DNA of 64,000 bases from NCBI GenBank assembly GCA_050260095.1, contig JBLNBQ010000142.1:7423-71422 (forward strand), given 5' to 3'. Origin of the DNA: Chitinophagales bacterium. GTDB taxonomy: Bacteria > Bacillota > UBA5301 > DYFA01. The position numbers were made by a program, and so were the translations under genes. Below the pieces are notes generated by a model. That model saw nothing but the letters and a program-made list of their open reading frames with translations. It searched no databases and was not told the DNA's origin. Positions within the stretch are counted from its first letter, which is position 1, and every line of letters begins with the position of its first letter. Positions 13,235-23,357 of this stretch are shown here, piece after piece.

Positions 13235-13247
13235 GGGGGGTGATGAC

Positions 13248-14639
13248 GTGACCGAGAGCATCTTCGACTGCTTGAGCCCCTTGGACGGGCGGTACCGGGC
13301 CGCGAACCCTGAGCTTTGGGACAAGCTCTCGCAGCACCTGTCGGAGCGCGCCTACCTGCGCTACCAGCTCGAGGTGGAGGCTGCGCTGGTGGAAGGGCTG
13401 GCCCGGGAAGGCCTCTGCCCGGCGAGCGTGGCCGTCGAGGTGCGGGAAGCAATCGGGCAGGTCACCGCCGAAGAGGTCGCCGAAGAGGAGGAGCGGACCC
13501 GTCACAACATCCGGGCGCTGGTCAACTGCGTGCAGCGCCGGGTGAGCGAGGCGGCCCGGCCTTACGTCCACTTCTCCGTGACCTCGGCCGACGTCATGGA
13601 CACCGCCAACGCCTTGCGCTACCAGGCGGTCACCCGGGAGGTCGCCCTGCCGGCGCTGCTGCGACTGGCGAGGGTCTTGCTTGGGCTGGCCGAGCGCGAG
13701 CAGCGGACGCTGCAGATCGGGCGCACCCACGGCCAGCATGCCGTTCCCATCACCTTCGGGTACGCCTGCGCCGTATACCTCGACCGGCTGGGACGGCGGA
13801 TCAAGGCCGTCGAAGCGGCCGCCCGCGAGCTTCGGGGCAAGCTGTCCGGCGCGGTCGGCGCCTACAACGCCCCCAGCCTCTTTCTCGCCGACGCCCGCCG
13901 CTTCGAGGAGGAGGTCCTCGGCCGCCTGGGCCTTAAGCCCGCCGGGGCCGCCACCCAGGTGGTCGAGCCGGAGTTCATGGCCGACTACGCGCACGCCCTC
14001 GTCTCGACCTTCGGCGTGCTCGCCAACCTGGCCGACGACTTCCGCCACCTGCAGCGCTCCGAGATCGCCGAGGTCGGCGAGCACTTCGGCGCCACCCAGG
14101 TGGGCTCCTCGACCATGCCCCACAAGCGCAACCCGTGGAACCTGGAGCACGTGAAGAGCCTCTACAAAGAGTTCATGCCGCGGATGATCACCGTCTACCT
14201 CGACCAGATCTCCGAGCACCAGCGGGATCTGACCAATTCGGCTTCGGCCCGGTTCACGGTCGAGGTCGTGGCGGGGTTGGTCTTCGCAGCCGACCGCCTG
14301 GCGCGGGTCCTGGAACGGCTGGCCGTCAACGAGGCGGCGATGGCCAGGAACTTCGGGCAGAGCCGGGAGAGCCTCATCGCCGAACCTCTCTACCTCTGCC
14401 TGGCCGCCGCCGGCCACCCCGACGCCCATGAGGCGGTGCGGCAGTTGACGTTGGAAGCCGAGCGGACGGGGCGGGGCGTGGCGGAGTGCGCGGCCGAACA
14501 TGCGGAGCTGGCGCCTTACCTCGCCCGGTTCACCGAGGGGCAGCGGGCCGTGCTGGAACGGCCGGAGGAGTACACCGGCCTGGCGCAGCGGCGGACGGCC
14601 GAACTCTGCGCCGAGTGGCGGTCGGCCCTGGGACTCTAG
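13248..14639 (+). CDS. purB: adenylosuccinate lyase
   Basis: 463 aa; LSPLDGRY N-terminus and fumarate-lyase signature GSSTMPHKRNP; GTG start after RBS GGGGGGGG. Confidence 0.92.
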   Translation: MTESIFDCLSPLDGRYRAANPELWDKLSQHLSERAYLRYQLEVEAALVEGLAREGLCPASVAVEVREAIGQVTAEEVAEEEERTRHNIRALVNCVQRRVSEAARPYVHFSVTSADVMDTANALRYQAVTREVALPALLRLARVLLGLAEREQRTLQIGRTHGQHAVPITFGYACAVYLDRLGRRIKAVEAAARELRGKLSGAVGAYNAPSLFLADARRFEEEVLGRLGLKPAGAATQVVEPEFMADYAHALVSTFGVLANLADDFRHLQRSEIAEVGEHFGATQVGSSTMPHKRNPWNLEHVKSLYKEFMPRMITVYLDQISEHQRDLTNSASARFTVEVVAGLVFAADRLARVLERLAVNEAAMARNFGQSRESLIAEPLYLCLAAAGHPDAHEAVRQLTLEAERTGRGVAECAAEHAELAPYLARFTEGQRAVLERPEEYTGLAQRRTAELCAEWRSALGL

Positions 14640-14687
14640 CGAAAGACCCTGGGACTCCAGCGACAGCAAAGCAGAGGGGGAGCAAGC

Positions 14688-15407
14688 ATGGAAACCGGAG
14701 CGAAGCTCTACGAGGGCAAGGCGAAGGTCGTGTTCGCCACCGGCGACCCGGAACTCCTGGTGGTCCACTTCAAGGACGACGCCACGGCGTTCAACGGCGA
14801 GAAGAAGGGGACCATCGCCGACAAGGGCGTCCTGAACGCCCGCATCTCGGCCCGGCTCTTCACCTACCTGGCGCAGGCGGGCGTGCCCAACCACTTCGTG
14901 ACGACCCTCAGCGAGCGCGATCTGCTCTGCCGCAAGCTGGAGATCATCCTGCTCGAAGTGGTGGTTCGCAACGTGGCGGCCGGCAGCCTCGCCAAGCGGC
15001 TGGGGCTTGCCGAGGGGACGGCGCTGCCTTCGCCGGTGGTGGAGTTCTACTACAAGCGCGACGATCTCGGCGATCCCCTGGTGAACGACTCGCACATCCG
15101 CGCACTGGGGTTGGCCACGCCGGCCGAACTCGACGCGCTCACCGCCGCGTCCCTGAAGGTCGACGCGCTCCTCAGCGAGTTCCTGCGCCCCCGCCAGGTG
15201 GAACTGATCGACTTCAAACTGGAATTCGGGCGGACCAGCGACGGCCAGGTACTCCTTGGGGACGAGATCAGCCCCGATACCTGCCGGTTCTGGGACAGGC
15301 AGACCGGCGAACGGCTCGACAAGGACCGGTTCCGCCGCGACCTGGGGGGCGTCGAGGAGGCCTACCAGGAGATGTGGCGCCGGATCGGCGGGGGGGAAGT
15401 GGCGTGA
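14688..15407 (+). CDS. purC: phosphoribosylaminoimidazole-succinocarboxamide (SAICAR) synthase
   Basis: 239 aa; KLYEGKAK...; RBS GGGGGAG upstream. Confidence 0.93.
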   Translation: METGAKLYEGKAKVVFATGDPELLVVHFKDDATAFNGEKKGTIADKGVLNARISARLFTYLAQAGVPNHFVTTLSERDLLCRKLEIILLEVVVRNVAAGSLAKRLGLAEGTALPSPVVEFYYKRDDLGDPLVNDSHIRALGLATPAELDALTAASLKVDALLSEFLRPRQVELIDFKLEFGRTSDGQVLLGDEISPDTCRFWDRQTGERLDKDRFRRDLGGVEEAYQEMWRRIGGGEVA

Positions 15408-15664
15408 ACAAGTATCTGGCCCGGGTCGAGGTGCGATTGAAGAAGAGCGTGCTGGACCCGCAGGGGACGGCGGTGAAGCGCGGACTCGCGACGCTGGGGT
15501 TCGCCGGCGTCCGCGAGGTGCGCATCGGCAAGCTCATCGAGGTGCGGCTGGAGGCGGAGAGCCGCGAGGCGGCGGAGGCGCTCGTCCTCGAGGCCAGCGG
15601 GAAGCTCCTGGCCAACCCCGTGATCGAGGAGTTCGAGGTGCAGGTGGAGGAGGACCGGGGATGA
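15404..15664 (+). CDS. purS: FGAM synthase PurS subunit
   Basis: 86 aa; GTG overlapping purC stop; PurS-like LDPQG motif; N-terminal 300 aa of track ORF 14486..15664 rejected. Confidence 0.85.
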   Translation: MNKYLARVEVRLKKSVLDPQGTAVKRGLATLGFAGVREVRIGKLIEVRLEAESREAAEALVLEASGKLLANPVIEEFEVQVEEDRG

Positions 15665-16356
15665 GGGTAGGCGTGGTGGTCTTTCCCGGCTCCAACTGCG
15701 ACGAGGACGTGCGCTGGGCAATCCAGCAAGTCGGGGCCGACGCGGAGTTCGTCTGGCACGAGCGCCGGAGCCTTGCCGGGTTCGACGCGCTGGTGCTGCC
15801 GGGCGGGTTCTCCTACGGCGACTACCTGCGCTGCGGGGCCCTGGCGCGCTTCAGCCCGGTGATGCAGGAAGTGGCCCGCTTCGCGGAGGCCGGCCGGCCG
15901 GTGCTGGGGATCTGCAACGGTTTTCAGATTCTGACCGAAGCGGGGCTGCTCCCAGGGGCGCTCCGCCGCAACGGCGGCCTCCGCTTCGTCTGCCGCCCGG
16001 TTCACCTTCGGGTCGAGACAGGGCGCACGGCTTGGACCCGGGGCCTCCGGCCGGGACAGGTCCTGAGGCTCCCCATCGCGCACGGGGAAGGCAACTACTA
16101 CTGCACCGGCGACGAACTGGTCGAACTTGAGGCCCGCCGCCAGGTGGTCTTCCGTTACGTCGCTCCGACCGGCGACGCGACGCCGATGGCGAATCCCAAC
16201 GGCTCGGTCGATAACATCGCCGGCGTCTGCAACCGGGAGGGCAACGTCGTGGGCATGATGCCGCACCCGGAACGGGTGGTCGAGGCGCTGCTGGGCGGCG
16301 AGGACGGCCGGGGCATCCTCGGGGCGATCCTTCGGGAGGGGGCGGCAGCGTGCTGA
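15661..16356 (+). CDS. purQ: FGAM synthase glutaminase subunit
   Basis: ATGA overlap with purS; class-I GATase sequence, catalytic Cys in GICNGFQ. Confidence 0.92.
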   Translation: MRVGVVVFPGSNCDEDVRWAIQQVGADAEFVWHERRSLAGFDALVLPGGFSYGDYLRCGALARFSPVMQEVARFAEAGRPVLGICNGFQILTEAGLLPGALRRNGGLRFVCRPVHLRVETGRTAWTRGLRPGQVLRLPIAHGEGNYYCTGDELVELEARRQVVFRYVAPTGDATPMANPNGSVDNIAGVCNREGNVVGMMPHPERVVEALLGGEDGRGILGAILREGAAAC

Positions 16357-18596
16357 GCGCGGCGGAGATCAGGGCGCAGCGAACCTGGCGCGAGATGGGC
16401 CTGCGGGATGAGGAGTACGAGCGGATCGTGGCGCTCCTGGGCCGGTACCCGAACTACACCGAACTCGGCATGTACGCGGTGCTCTGGTCGGAGCACTGCG
16501 CCTACAAGCACACCCGGCCCCTCTTCAAACTCTTCCCGACCAAGGGGAAGCACGTGCTCCAAGGGCCGGGCGAGAACGCCGGCATCGTGGACATCGGCGA
16601 CGGGCTGGCCGTGGTCTTCAAGGTCGAGTCGCACAACCACCCCTCGGCTGTCGAACCCTACCAGGGCGCAGCCACGGGGGTAGGCGGCATCCTGCGCGAC
16701 ATCTTCACCATGGGCGCCCGGCCGGTGGCGGTCCTCAACTCCCTGCGCTTCGGCGAACTCTCTGACCCGCGCACCCGTTACCTCTTCGAGGGCGTGGTCT
16801 CTGGCATCGCCGGCTACGGCAACTGCGTCGGCGTGCCGACCGTGGGGGGCGAGATCTACTTCGACCCGTGTTACACCGGAAACCCGCTGGTCAACGTGAT
16901 GGCCGTCGGGGTGGTGGAACAGGAGCACGTCGCCAAGGCAGCCGCGTCAGGGGTGGGCAACCCCGTGATGGTGGTCGGGTCGACCACCGGGCGCGACGGT
17001 ATCCACGGCGCGTCCTTCGCGTCCTCGGAGCTCTCCGCAGAGAACGAGGCGAAGCGTTCCGCCGTTCAGGTGGGCGATCCCTTCACCGAGAAGCTCCTCA
17101 TCGAGGCCTGCCTGGAAGCCATAAAGAGCGGCGCAGTCATCGGGATCCAGGACATGGGCGCCGCGGGGCTCACCAGTTCGGCGGCGGAGATGGCCAGCCG
17201 GGCCGGGAGCGGGATCGAGATGGACATCGCGCTCGTGCCGCGGCGGGAGGAGGGCATGAACAGCTACGAGGTCATGCTCTCCGAATCGCAGGAGCGCATG
17301 CTGGTCGTGCCCCGGTCGGGACAGGAGGAACGGGTGACGCAGATCTTCGCCCGCTGGGGCTTGCATGCGGTGACCGTTGGCCGGGTGACCGACGACGGGA
17401 TGCTGCGCATCCTCGAGGCGGGCCACGTGGTGGCCGAGGTGCCGGCGGCTTCCCTCTCCACCGACGGGGCGCCGGCCTACCGGCCCGCGATGGAGCCGCC
17501 GGCCGACCTGGCGGAGCGGAACGCCTTCTCGCTGGGGGATTTGCCTGAACCGGCCGACCTGGGCGCCGTCCTTCTGGATTTGCTCGACAGCCCGACCATC
17601 GCCAGCAAGGAGTACGTCTTCCGGCAGTACGACCACCAGGTCCAGACCAACACAGTGGAGGGCCCGGGGAGCGATGCGGCCATCCTGCGGGTGAAGGGCA
17701 CCCGGAAAGGCCTGGCGCTCACGATCGACGGCAACGGCCGCTACGGGTACCTCGATCCCTGGCGGGGCGGGGCGATCGCCGTGTGCGAAGCCGCCCGGAA
17801 TCTGGTCGTCAGCGGGGCGGAGCCGCTGGGGCTGACCGACGGGCTCAACTTCGGCAGTCCTGAACGCCCCGAAGGTTACTGGCAGCTGGTGGAGGCCGTG
17901 AAGGGTATCGCCGCGGCGTGCGAGAGGCTCGCGATCCCGGTCACAGGCGGCAACGCCAGCCTCTACAACGAGACGAACGGAGAGCCCATCCACCCGACGC
18001 CGGTGATTGGCATGGTCGGGCTGCTCGACGATGTGGAGCGGCGCTGCCCGCAAGGCTTCCCCGCACCCGGGCAGGTCATCATGCTGCTGGGCGAGACGCT
18101 GCCGGAAGTGGGTGGCAGCGAGTACCTGCGCCTGCGCACGGGAAAGGTGATAGGGCCGGCGCCCTCCCTCGACCTGGAGCGCGAGAAGGCGCTGCTCGGC
18201 GTGGTCGTTGCGGCCATCAGGAAAGGCCTGGTGAGCGCCGCGCACGACGTGAGCGAAGGGGGGCTCCTCGTGGCGGTGGCCGAGATGGCCATGGCGGGGC
18301 AGATCGGCTGCGGGCTGGTCGTCGACTCCGACCTGCGCCTCGACGCGTTCCTGTTCGGCGAGTCGCAGAGCCGCATCGTGGTGGCCGCGCCGGCGGAGAA
18401 GGCCGCCCAGGTGGCGGCCCTGGCCGGCGAGGCGGGGCTCCCCTGGAGCATCCTCGGGTCGACCGGCGGGCATCAGGTCCGGGTCTGGCAGGCCGGGGCC
18501 GCGCCCGCTCCGCTGGTCGCGCTCGAACTTTCCCAGCTGGAGCGGGTTTACCGCGACGCGCTCCCGCGGCGCCTGGAGGGACGGGAACGTGAGTGA
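16350..18596 (+). CDS. purL: FGAM synthase large (small-PurL) subunit
   Basis: 748 aa; PurM-like duplicated domains; overlaps purQ stop. Confidence 0.93.
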   Translation: MLSAAEIRAQRTWREMGLRDEEYERIVALLGRYPNYTELGMYAVLWSEHCAYKHTRPLFKLFPTKGKHVLQGPGENAGIVDIGDGLAVVFKVESHNHPSAVEPYQGAATGVGGILRDIFTMGARPVAVLNSLRFGELSDPRTRYLFEGVVSGIAGYGNCVGVPTVGGEIYFDPCYTGNPLVNVMAVGVVEQEHVAKAAASGVGNPVMVVGSTTGRDGIHGASFASSELSAENEAKRSAVQVGDPFTEKLLIEACLEAIKSGAVIGIQDMGAAGLTSSAAEMASRAGSGIEMDIALVPRREEGMNSYEVMLSESQERMLVVPRSGQEERVTQIFARWGLHAVTVGRVTDDGMLRILEAGHVVAEVPAASLSTDGAPAYRPAMEPPADLAERNAFSLGDLPEPADLGAVLLDLLDSPTIASKEYVFRQYDHQVQTNTVEGPGSDAAILRVKGTRKGLALTIDGNGRYGYLDPWRGGAIAVCEAARNLVVSGAEPLGLTDGLNFGSPERPEGYWQLVEAVKGIAAACERLAIPVTGGNASLYNETNGEPIHPTPVIGMVGLLDDVERRCPQGFPAPGQVIMLLGETLPEVGGSEYLRLRTGKVIGPAPSLDLEREKALLGVVVAAIRKGLVSAAHDVSEGGLLVAVAEMAMAGQIGCGLVVDSDLRLDAFLFGESQSRIVVAAPAEKAAQVAALAGEAGLPWSILGSTGGHQVRVWQAGAAPAPLVALELSQLERVYRDALPRRLEGRERE

Positions 18597-18615
18597 CGGA
18601 CGGAGGGCGGCGGCG

Positions 18616-20070
18616 ATGATCGCGCCGGAGGGTGAGCACCCGCGCGAAGAATGCGGCGTGCTGGGGCTTTACGCGCCCGGCCGGCAGGTGGCCAACCTGG
18701 CGTACCTTGGGCTGTACGCCCTCCAGCACCGGGGGCAGGAGAGCGCGGGCCTGGTGGTCTCCGACGGGACCAGCGTGCGGCTGCACAAGAACATGGGTCT
18801 GGTGGCGGAGGTCTTCCCAGAGGAGGTGCTGGCGGCGCTCCCCGGCGAGCTGGCCATCGGCCACGTGCGGTATTCCACGACCGGGCGCAGCTCCGTATTG
18901 AACGCCCAGCCTCTGCTCACCCGGTGCTCCAAGGGCACCGTGGCGCTGGCCCACAACGGAAACCTGGTGAACGCCGGAAGCTTGCGCGGCAAACTCGAAC
19001 GGGCCGGGTCGGTCTTCCAGACCACCACGGACACCGAAGTCATCATCAACCTGACGGCGCGCTTCGCCCGGGAGAACCTGGAGGAGGCGCTGGTGGGAGC
19101 GGCCCGCCAGCTCAAGGGGGCCTACGCGCTGGTGGCGATGGGCCGCGACCAGCTGCTGGGCCTGCGCGATCCCAACGGCCTTCGCCCGCTGGTGCTGGGG
19201 CGGCTGGGGGAGAACGGCTGGGCGCTGGCTTCTGAGAGCTGCGCGCTGGCCAGCCTCGGCGCCGAGGTGGTTCGCGAGGTGGCGCCCGGCGAGATGGTGA
19301 TCATCGACCGGGACGGCCTCAGGGCGCGGCAGGCAGTGCCGGCGGCCCGTCCGGCGCTCTGCGTTTTTGAGTTCATCTACTTCGCCCGTCCCGACTCGGT
19401 CATGGCCGGAAAAGGCGTCCACTTGGTGCGGAAAGAGATCGGCCGGGCACTGGCGCGGGAGTGGGCCGTGGAGGCGGACGTGGTGATCGCGGCGCCCGAC
19501 TCCGGCACGTCGGCTGCGATGGGGTTCGCCGAGGCGAAGGGGCTGCCTTTCGAGGTAGGGCTCATCAAGAACCGGTACGTGGGGCGCACGTTCATCCAGC
19601 CCACGCAGGCCGTGCGGAGCCTGGGGGTCAAGATCAAGCTCAACCCGGTGCCGGGGGTGATCGCCGGCCAGCGGGTGGTGCTCATCGACGACTCGATCGT
19701 GCGCGGCACCACCTCCGCCCGGACGGTGCAGCTTTTGCGCGAGGCCGGCGCCCGCGAGGTTCACCTGGGCATCGCCTCGCCCCCCTACCGCCACGCCTGC
19801 TACTACGGGATCGACACCTCCGAGAAGGGTGAATTGGTGGCCCACGGGCGCAGCGAAGCCGAAGTGCGGGAGTTCGTGGGCGCGGATTCGTTGCGCTACC
19901 TCTCGCTGGGCGGGCTGACCGGGGCGGTCGGCCTGGCGCGCGGCGCGCTCTGCCTGGCCTGTTTCGACGGTCGCTATCCGGTGCGGCACCGGCTGGCGGG
20001 CGCTGGCAAGTTCGCCTTCGAAGACGGGGGGACACTGGAGCTTCCGGCGGGCGAGGCTGCCGGGTGCTAA
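18616..20070 (+). CDS. purF: amidophosphoribosyltransferase
   Basis: ATG 18616 gives an 11-aa propeptide before the catalytic Cys (MIAPEGEHPREECGV), as in B. subtilis PurF; alternative GTG at 18589; C-terminal CxxxxxCxxC Fe-S cysteines present. Confidence 0.9.
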   Translation: MIAPEGEHPREECGVLGLYAPGRQVANLAYLGLYALQHRGQESAGLVVSDGTSVRLHKNMGLVAEVFPEEVLAALPGELAIGHVRYSTTGRSSVLNAQPLLTRCSKGTVALAHNGNLVNAGSLRGKLERAGSVFQTTTDTEVIINLTARFARENLEEALVGAARQLKGAYALVAMGRDQLLGLRDPNGLRPLVLGRLGENGWALASESCALASLGAEVVREVAPGEMVIIDRDGLRARQAVPAARPALCVFEFIYFARPDSVMAGKGVHLVRKEIGRALAREWAVEADVVIAAPDSGTSAAMGFAEAKGLPFEVGLIKNRYVGRTFIQPTQAVRSLGVKIKLNPVPGVIAGQRVVLIDDSIVRGTTSARTVQLLREAGAREVHLGIASPPYRHACYYGIDTSEKGELVAHGRSEAEVREFVGADSLRYLSLGGLTGAVGLARGALCLACFDGRYPVRHRLAGAGKFAFEDGGTLELPAGEAAGC

Positions 20071-20084
20071 GGGAGGGACCAAGG

Positions 20085-21128
20085 ATGGCGGAGGCGGAGG
20101 AGCGGAGCCTGACCTACCGTGATTCCGGCGTGAACCTCCACGCCGGCTACGAGGCGGTGCGCAGGATCGCCGCGCACGCCCGGACCACCCGGCGGCCGGA
20201 GGTGGTGGGGGGAATCGGCTCCTTCGGGGGACTCTTCGCCCTGCCGGCAGGCTTTCGGGAGCCGGTGCTGGTCTCCGGCACCGACGGGGTCGGCACGAAG
20301 CTGCTCATCGCCCAGCGGGCCGGCCGGCACGACACGGTGGGCATCGACTGCGTGGCGATGTGCGTCAACGACATCGCGGTCTTAGGCGCTGAGCCGCTCT
20401 TCTTTCTCGACTACGTGGCGGTGGGCAAGCTCGACCCCGACCTGGTGGCGACCCTGGTCGGCGGGGTGGCGGAGGGCTGCCGCCAGGCCGGCTGCGCGCT
20501 GATCGGCGGAGAGACCGCCGAGATGCCCGGCCTCTACGGGCCGTCCGAATACGACTTGGCCGGCTTCGCCGTGGGAGTCGCCGAGCGCGGCCGCCTGGAG
20601 TCCGCCGCCACGGCCCGGCCGGGCGACCTGCTGCTCGGCGTAGCCTCTTCAGGGCTGCACTCCAACGGGTTTTCGCTCGTGCGCAAGCTCGTCTTCGAGG
20701 TCGGCGGGTGGGAGTTGGACCGAACCGTGCCGGAAGTGGGGCGAACGCTCGGCGAGGAACTGCTGGAGCCGACCCGCATCTACGTCAAAGCGCTCTTGGC
20801 CCTGTTCGCCGCGGTGCCGGTGCATGGGGCCGCGCACATCACGGGCGGCGGGTTCTTCGAGAACATCCCGCGGGCGCTCCCCGAGGGCGTGCGGGCCGTG
20901 ATCGAGCGGGGCACCTGGCCGGTGCCGCCGGTCTTCCCCTTCCTGCAGCGTCTCGGCCGGATCGAGGAGCGGGAGATGTTCAGCACCTTCAACCTGGGGG
21001 TCGGGCTGGTGGTCGCCGTCCCCGCCGAACGGGGGGACGAGGCGCTGGAAGTGGTGGCCGGCGCCGGAGAGCGGGCATGGGTCATCGGCCGGGTGGAAGA
21101 GGGGCCGGCCGGGGTGGAGCTGCGATGA
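20085..21128 (+). CDS. purM: phosphoribosylformylglycinamidine cyclo-ligase (AIR synthase)
   Basis: RBS GGGAGGGA then ATG 20085; PurM-like sequence. Confidence 0.92.
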   Translation: MAEAEERSLTYRDSGVNLHAGYEAVRRIAAHARTTRRPEVVGGIGSFGGLFALPAGFREPVLVSGTDGVGTKLLIAQRAGRHDTVGIDCVAMCVNDIAVLGAEPLFFLDYVAVGKLDPDLVATLVGGVAEGCRQAGCALIGGETAEMPGLYGPSEYDLAGFAVGVAERGRLESAATARPGDLLLGVASSGLHSNGFSLVRKLVFEVGGWELDRTVPEVGRTLGEELLEPTRIYVKALLALFAAVPVHGAAHITGGGFFENIPRALPEGVRAVIERGTWPVPPVFPFLQRLGRIEEREMFSTFNLGVGLVVAVPAERGDEALEVVAGAGERAWVIGRVEEGPAGVELR

Positions 21129-21748
21129 ACGGCTGCCCGCGGCTCGGCGTGCTGGTCTCCGGTCGCGGAAGCAACCTGGAGGCGATCCTGCGCAGCCACC
21201 AGCAGGGCGAACTCGGCGCGGAGCCCGCGTTGGTCCTGTGCGATCAGCCGGGCGCTGGCGCCTTGACGGTGGCGGCGCGCTTCGGCGTGCCCGCGGCGGT
21301 GCTGGCGCGTCCGTCGTATCCGAGCAGGGAGGCGTTCGAGGAGGCCATGGTGTCCCTGCTGCGCGAGACCGGCGTGGAGCTGGTGGCGCTCGCCGGCTTC
21401 ATGCGTCTCTTGGGTCCCGTCTTCCTCTCCGCCTTTCCGGGGCGGGTGCTCAACATCCACCCGTCGCTTTTGCCGAGCTTCCCCGGCCTGCACGCCCAGC
21501 GCCAGGCGCTGGAGTATGGGGCGAAGGTGGCCGGCTGCACCGTGCACCTGGTGGACGAGGAGATGGACCACGGCCCGATCGTGCTCCAGGCGGCGGTGCC
21601 CGTGTTGGACGGCGACACCGAGGAGAGCCTGGCGGCGCGGATCCTGGCGGAGGAACACCGGCTCTACCCGCAGGCGATCCGGGCGGTGGCCGAAGGGCGG
21701 CTGGAGATCAGGGGGCGGCGGGCGTTCGTCCGGCCGCAAATGGCCTAA
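21125..21748 (+). CDS. purN: phosphoribosylglycinamide formyltransferase
   Basis: ATGA overlap with purM; formyltransferase motifs VLNIHPSLLP and HLVDEEMDHGPI. Confidence 0.9.
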   Translation: MNGCPRLGVLVSGRGSNLEAILRSHQQGELGAEPALVLCDQPGAGALTVAARFGVPAAVLARPSYPSREAFEEAMVSLLRETGVELVALAGFMRLLGPVFLSAFPGRVLNIHPSLLPSFPGLHAQRQALEYGAKVAGCTVHLVDEEMDHGPIVLQAAVPVLDGDTEESLAARILAEEHRLYPQAIRAVAEGRLEIRGRRAFVRPQMA

Positions 21749-21767
21749 AGAGCAGGGGGAATCAGTC

Positions 21768-23339
21768 GTGGCGGAGTGCGGCGCGACCGCGAGGGAGCAA
21801 AGTTATCGCCCGGTGCGGCGGGCAGTGATCAGCGTGTACGACAAGCGGGGGCTTGTGGAGTTCGCCGGAGGCCTCTCGGCGAGGGGCGTGGAACTCTTCT
21901 CCACCGGGGGGACCCTGGCGGCCCTGCGCGGGGCAGGCCTGAACGTTACGCCTGTGGACCAGGTGACCGGCTTTCCCGAGATGTTGGACGGGCGGGTCAA
22001 GACCCTGCACCCGAAGATTCACGGCGGCATCCTGGCCGATCGCAGCCGCCCGGAACACCTGGCCCAGCTCGAAGCGAGCGGCATCGCGCCCATCGACCTG
22101 GTGGTGGTGAACCTTTACCCGTTCGAGGAGACTGCCGCCAGGCCGGGCGTCTCCCCCGAAGAGGTCATCGAACAGATCGACATCGGCGGCCCGAGCATGA
22201 TCAGGGGCGCGGCGAAGAACCACAGCAGCGTCGCGGTGGTGACGAGTCCTGAACAGTATGAGGAGGTGCTCGCGGCGGTGCAGGCGACCGGCGGCACCAC
22301 CCTGGCCCTGCGCCAGCGCCTGGCGAGCGCTGCCTTCGCCCTGACCGCGCGGTACGACGCCGCCATCGCGCGCTGGTTCAGCCGCGAGGAGGCGTTTCCG
22401 GAGCGGCTCGTCCTGCCGTTCCGGAAGGTTGCGGGGTTGCGGTACGGCGAGAACCCCCACCAGCCCGCCGCCTTCTACCAGGACGAACGCCCCTGCGGCC
22501 GGAGCCTGGTGCATGCCGTGCAGCTCGGCGGCAAAGAACTGTCGTTCAACAACCTGAACGACGCCGACGCCGCCCTGGCTGCGGTCTGCGCCTTCGCCGG
22601 GCCGGCCGCGGTGGCGGTCAAACACACGAACCCCTGCGGCGCGGCGGAAGCCGCCAGCCCCGCCGAGGCGTTCCGGCAGGCCTACGCCTGCGACCCCGTC
22701 TCCATCTTCGGCGGGATCGTGGCCTTCAACCGCGAGGTGGACGAAGAGACCGCCCGTGAATTGGCGGCGCTCTTCCTTGAAGTGATCGTCGCCCCCGGAT
22801 TTACGCCCGGCGCCCTGGCGGTGCTTCAGGCCAAGAAGAATCTCCGGCTGCTCCAGGTGCCGCTGGCGGGGACGGAAGAATGTTTAGACTTCAAGCGGAT
22901 CGCCGGAGGGCTGCTCGTGCAGGCCACCGACCGCGCCGAGCTGCCGCCGGAGGCGGAACTCAAGGTGGTGACCGGCCGCCGGCCGACCGCTGCGGAGTGG
23001 GACAGCCTGCGTTTCGCCTGGAAAGTGGTGCAACACGTCAAGTCCAACGCCATCGTGGTGGCCACCGGCCACCGAACGCTGGGGATCGGCGGCGGCCAGG
23101 TCAACCGGATAGACGCGGCGCGCTTCGCCCTGGCGCGGGCGGGAGAAGCGGCCCGGGGGGCGGTCCTCGCCTCCGACGCCTTCTTCCCGATGCCCGACGT
23201 GGTGGAGGCGGCGGCCGCCGCCGGGATCGCAGCCATCATCCAGCCGGGCGGCTCCATCCGCGACCAGGAGTCTTTCGCAGCGGCCGAGGCGGCCGGGCTG
23301 GCCATGGTGATCGCCGGGGTTCGCCATTTCCGGCACTAG
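21768..23339 (+). CDS. purH: bifunctional AICAR transformylase / IMP cyclohydrolase
   Basis: GTG 21768 after RBS GCAGGGGGA; AISVYDKRG MGS-like N-domain and AICARFT domain. Confidence 0.9.
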   Translation: MAECGATAREQSYRPVRRAVISVYDKRGLVEFAGGLSARGVELFSTGGTLAALRGAGLNVTPVDQVTGFPEMLDGRVKTLHPKIHGGILADRSRPEHLAQLEASGIAPIDLVVVNLYPFEETAARPGVSPEEVIEQIDIGGPSMIRGAAKNHSSVAVVTSPEQYEEVLAAVQATGGTTLALRQRLASAAFALTARYDAAIARWFSREEAFPERLVLPFRKVAGLRYGENPHQPAAFYQDERPCGRSLVHAVQLGGKELSFNNLNDADAALAAVCAFAGPAAVAVKHTNPCGAAEAASPAEAFRQAYACDPVSIFGGIVAFNREVDEETARELAALFLEVIVAPGFTPGALAVLQAKKNLRLLQVPLAGTEECLDFKRIAGGLLVQATDRAELPPEAELKVVTGRRPTAAEWDSLRFAWKVVQHVKSNAIVVATGHRTLGIGGGQVNRIDAARFALARAGEAARGAVLASDAFFPMPDVVEAAAAAGIAAIIQPGGSIRDQESFAAAEAAGLAMVIAGVRHFRH

Positions 23340-23357
23340 AGGCGGGGGGCAGCACGC

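Noticed and set aside
13191-15095. 634-aa ORF on the minus strand antisense to purB/purC, plus many similar long antisense ORFs (for example 5863..7407-, 18217..20082-, 22884..24488-, 36383..37774-, 47734..50133-, 61076..62719-, 24767..26488+)
   Set aside because: At about 70% GC, stop codons are rare in all frames. These ORFs overlap well-supported, motif-bearing genes on the other strand, have Arg/Pro/Gly-rich low-complexity translations and lack RBS/operon context.
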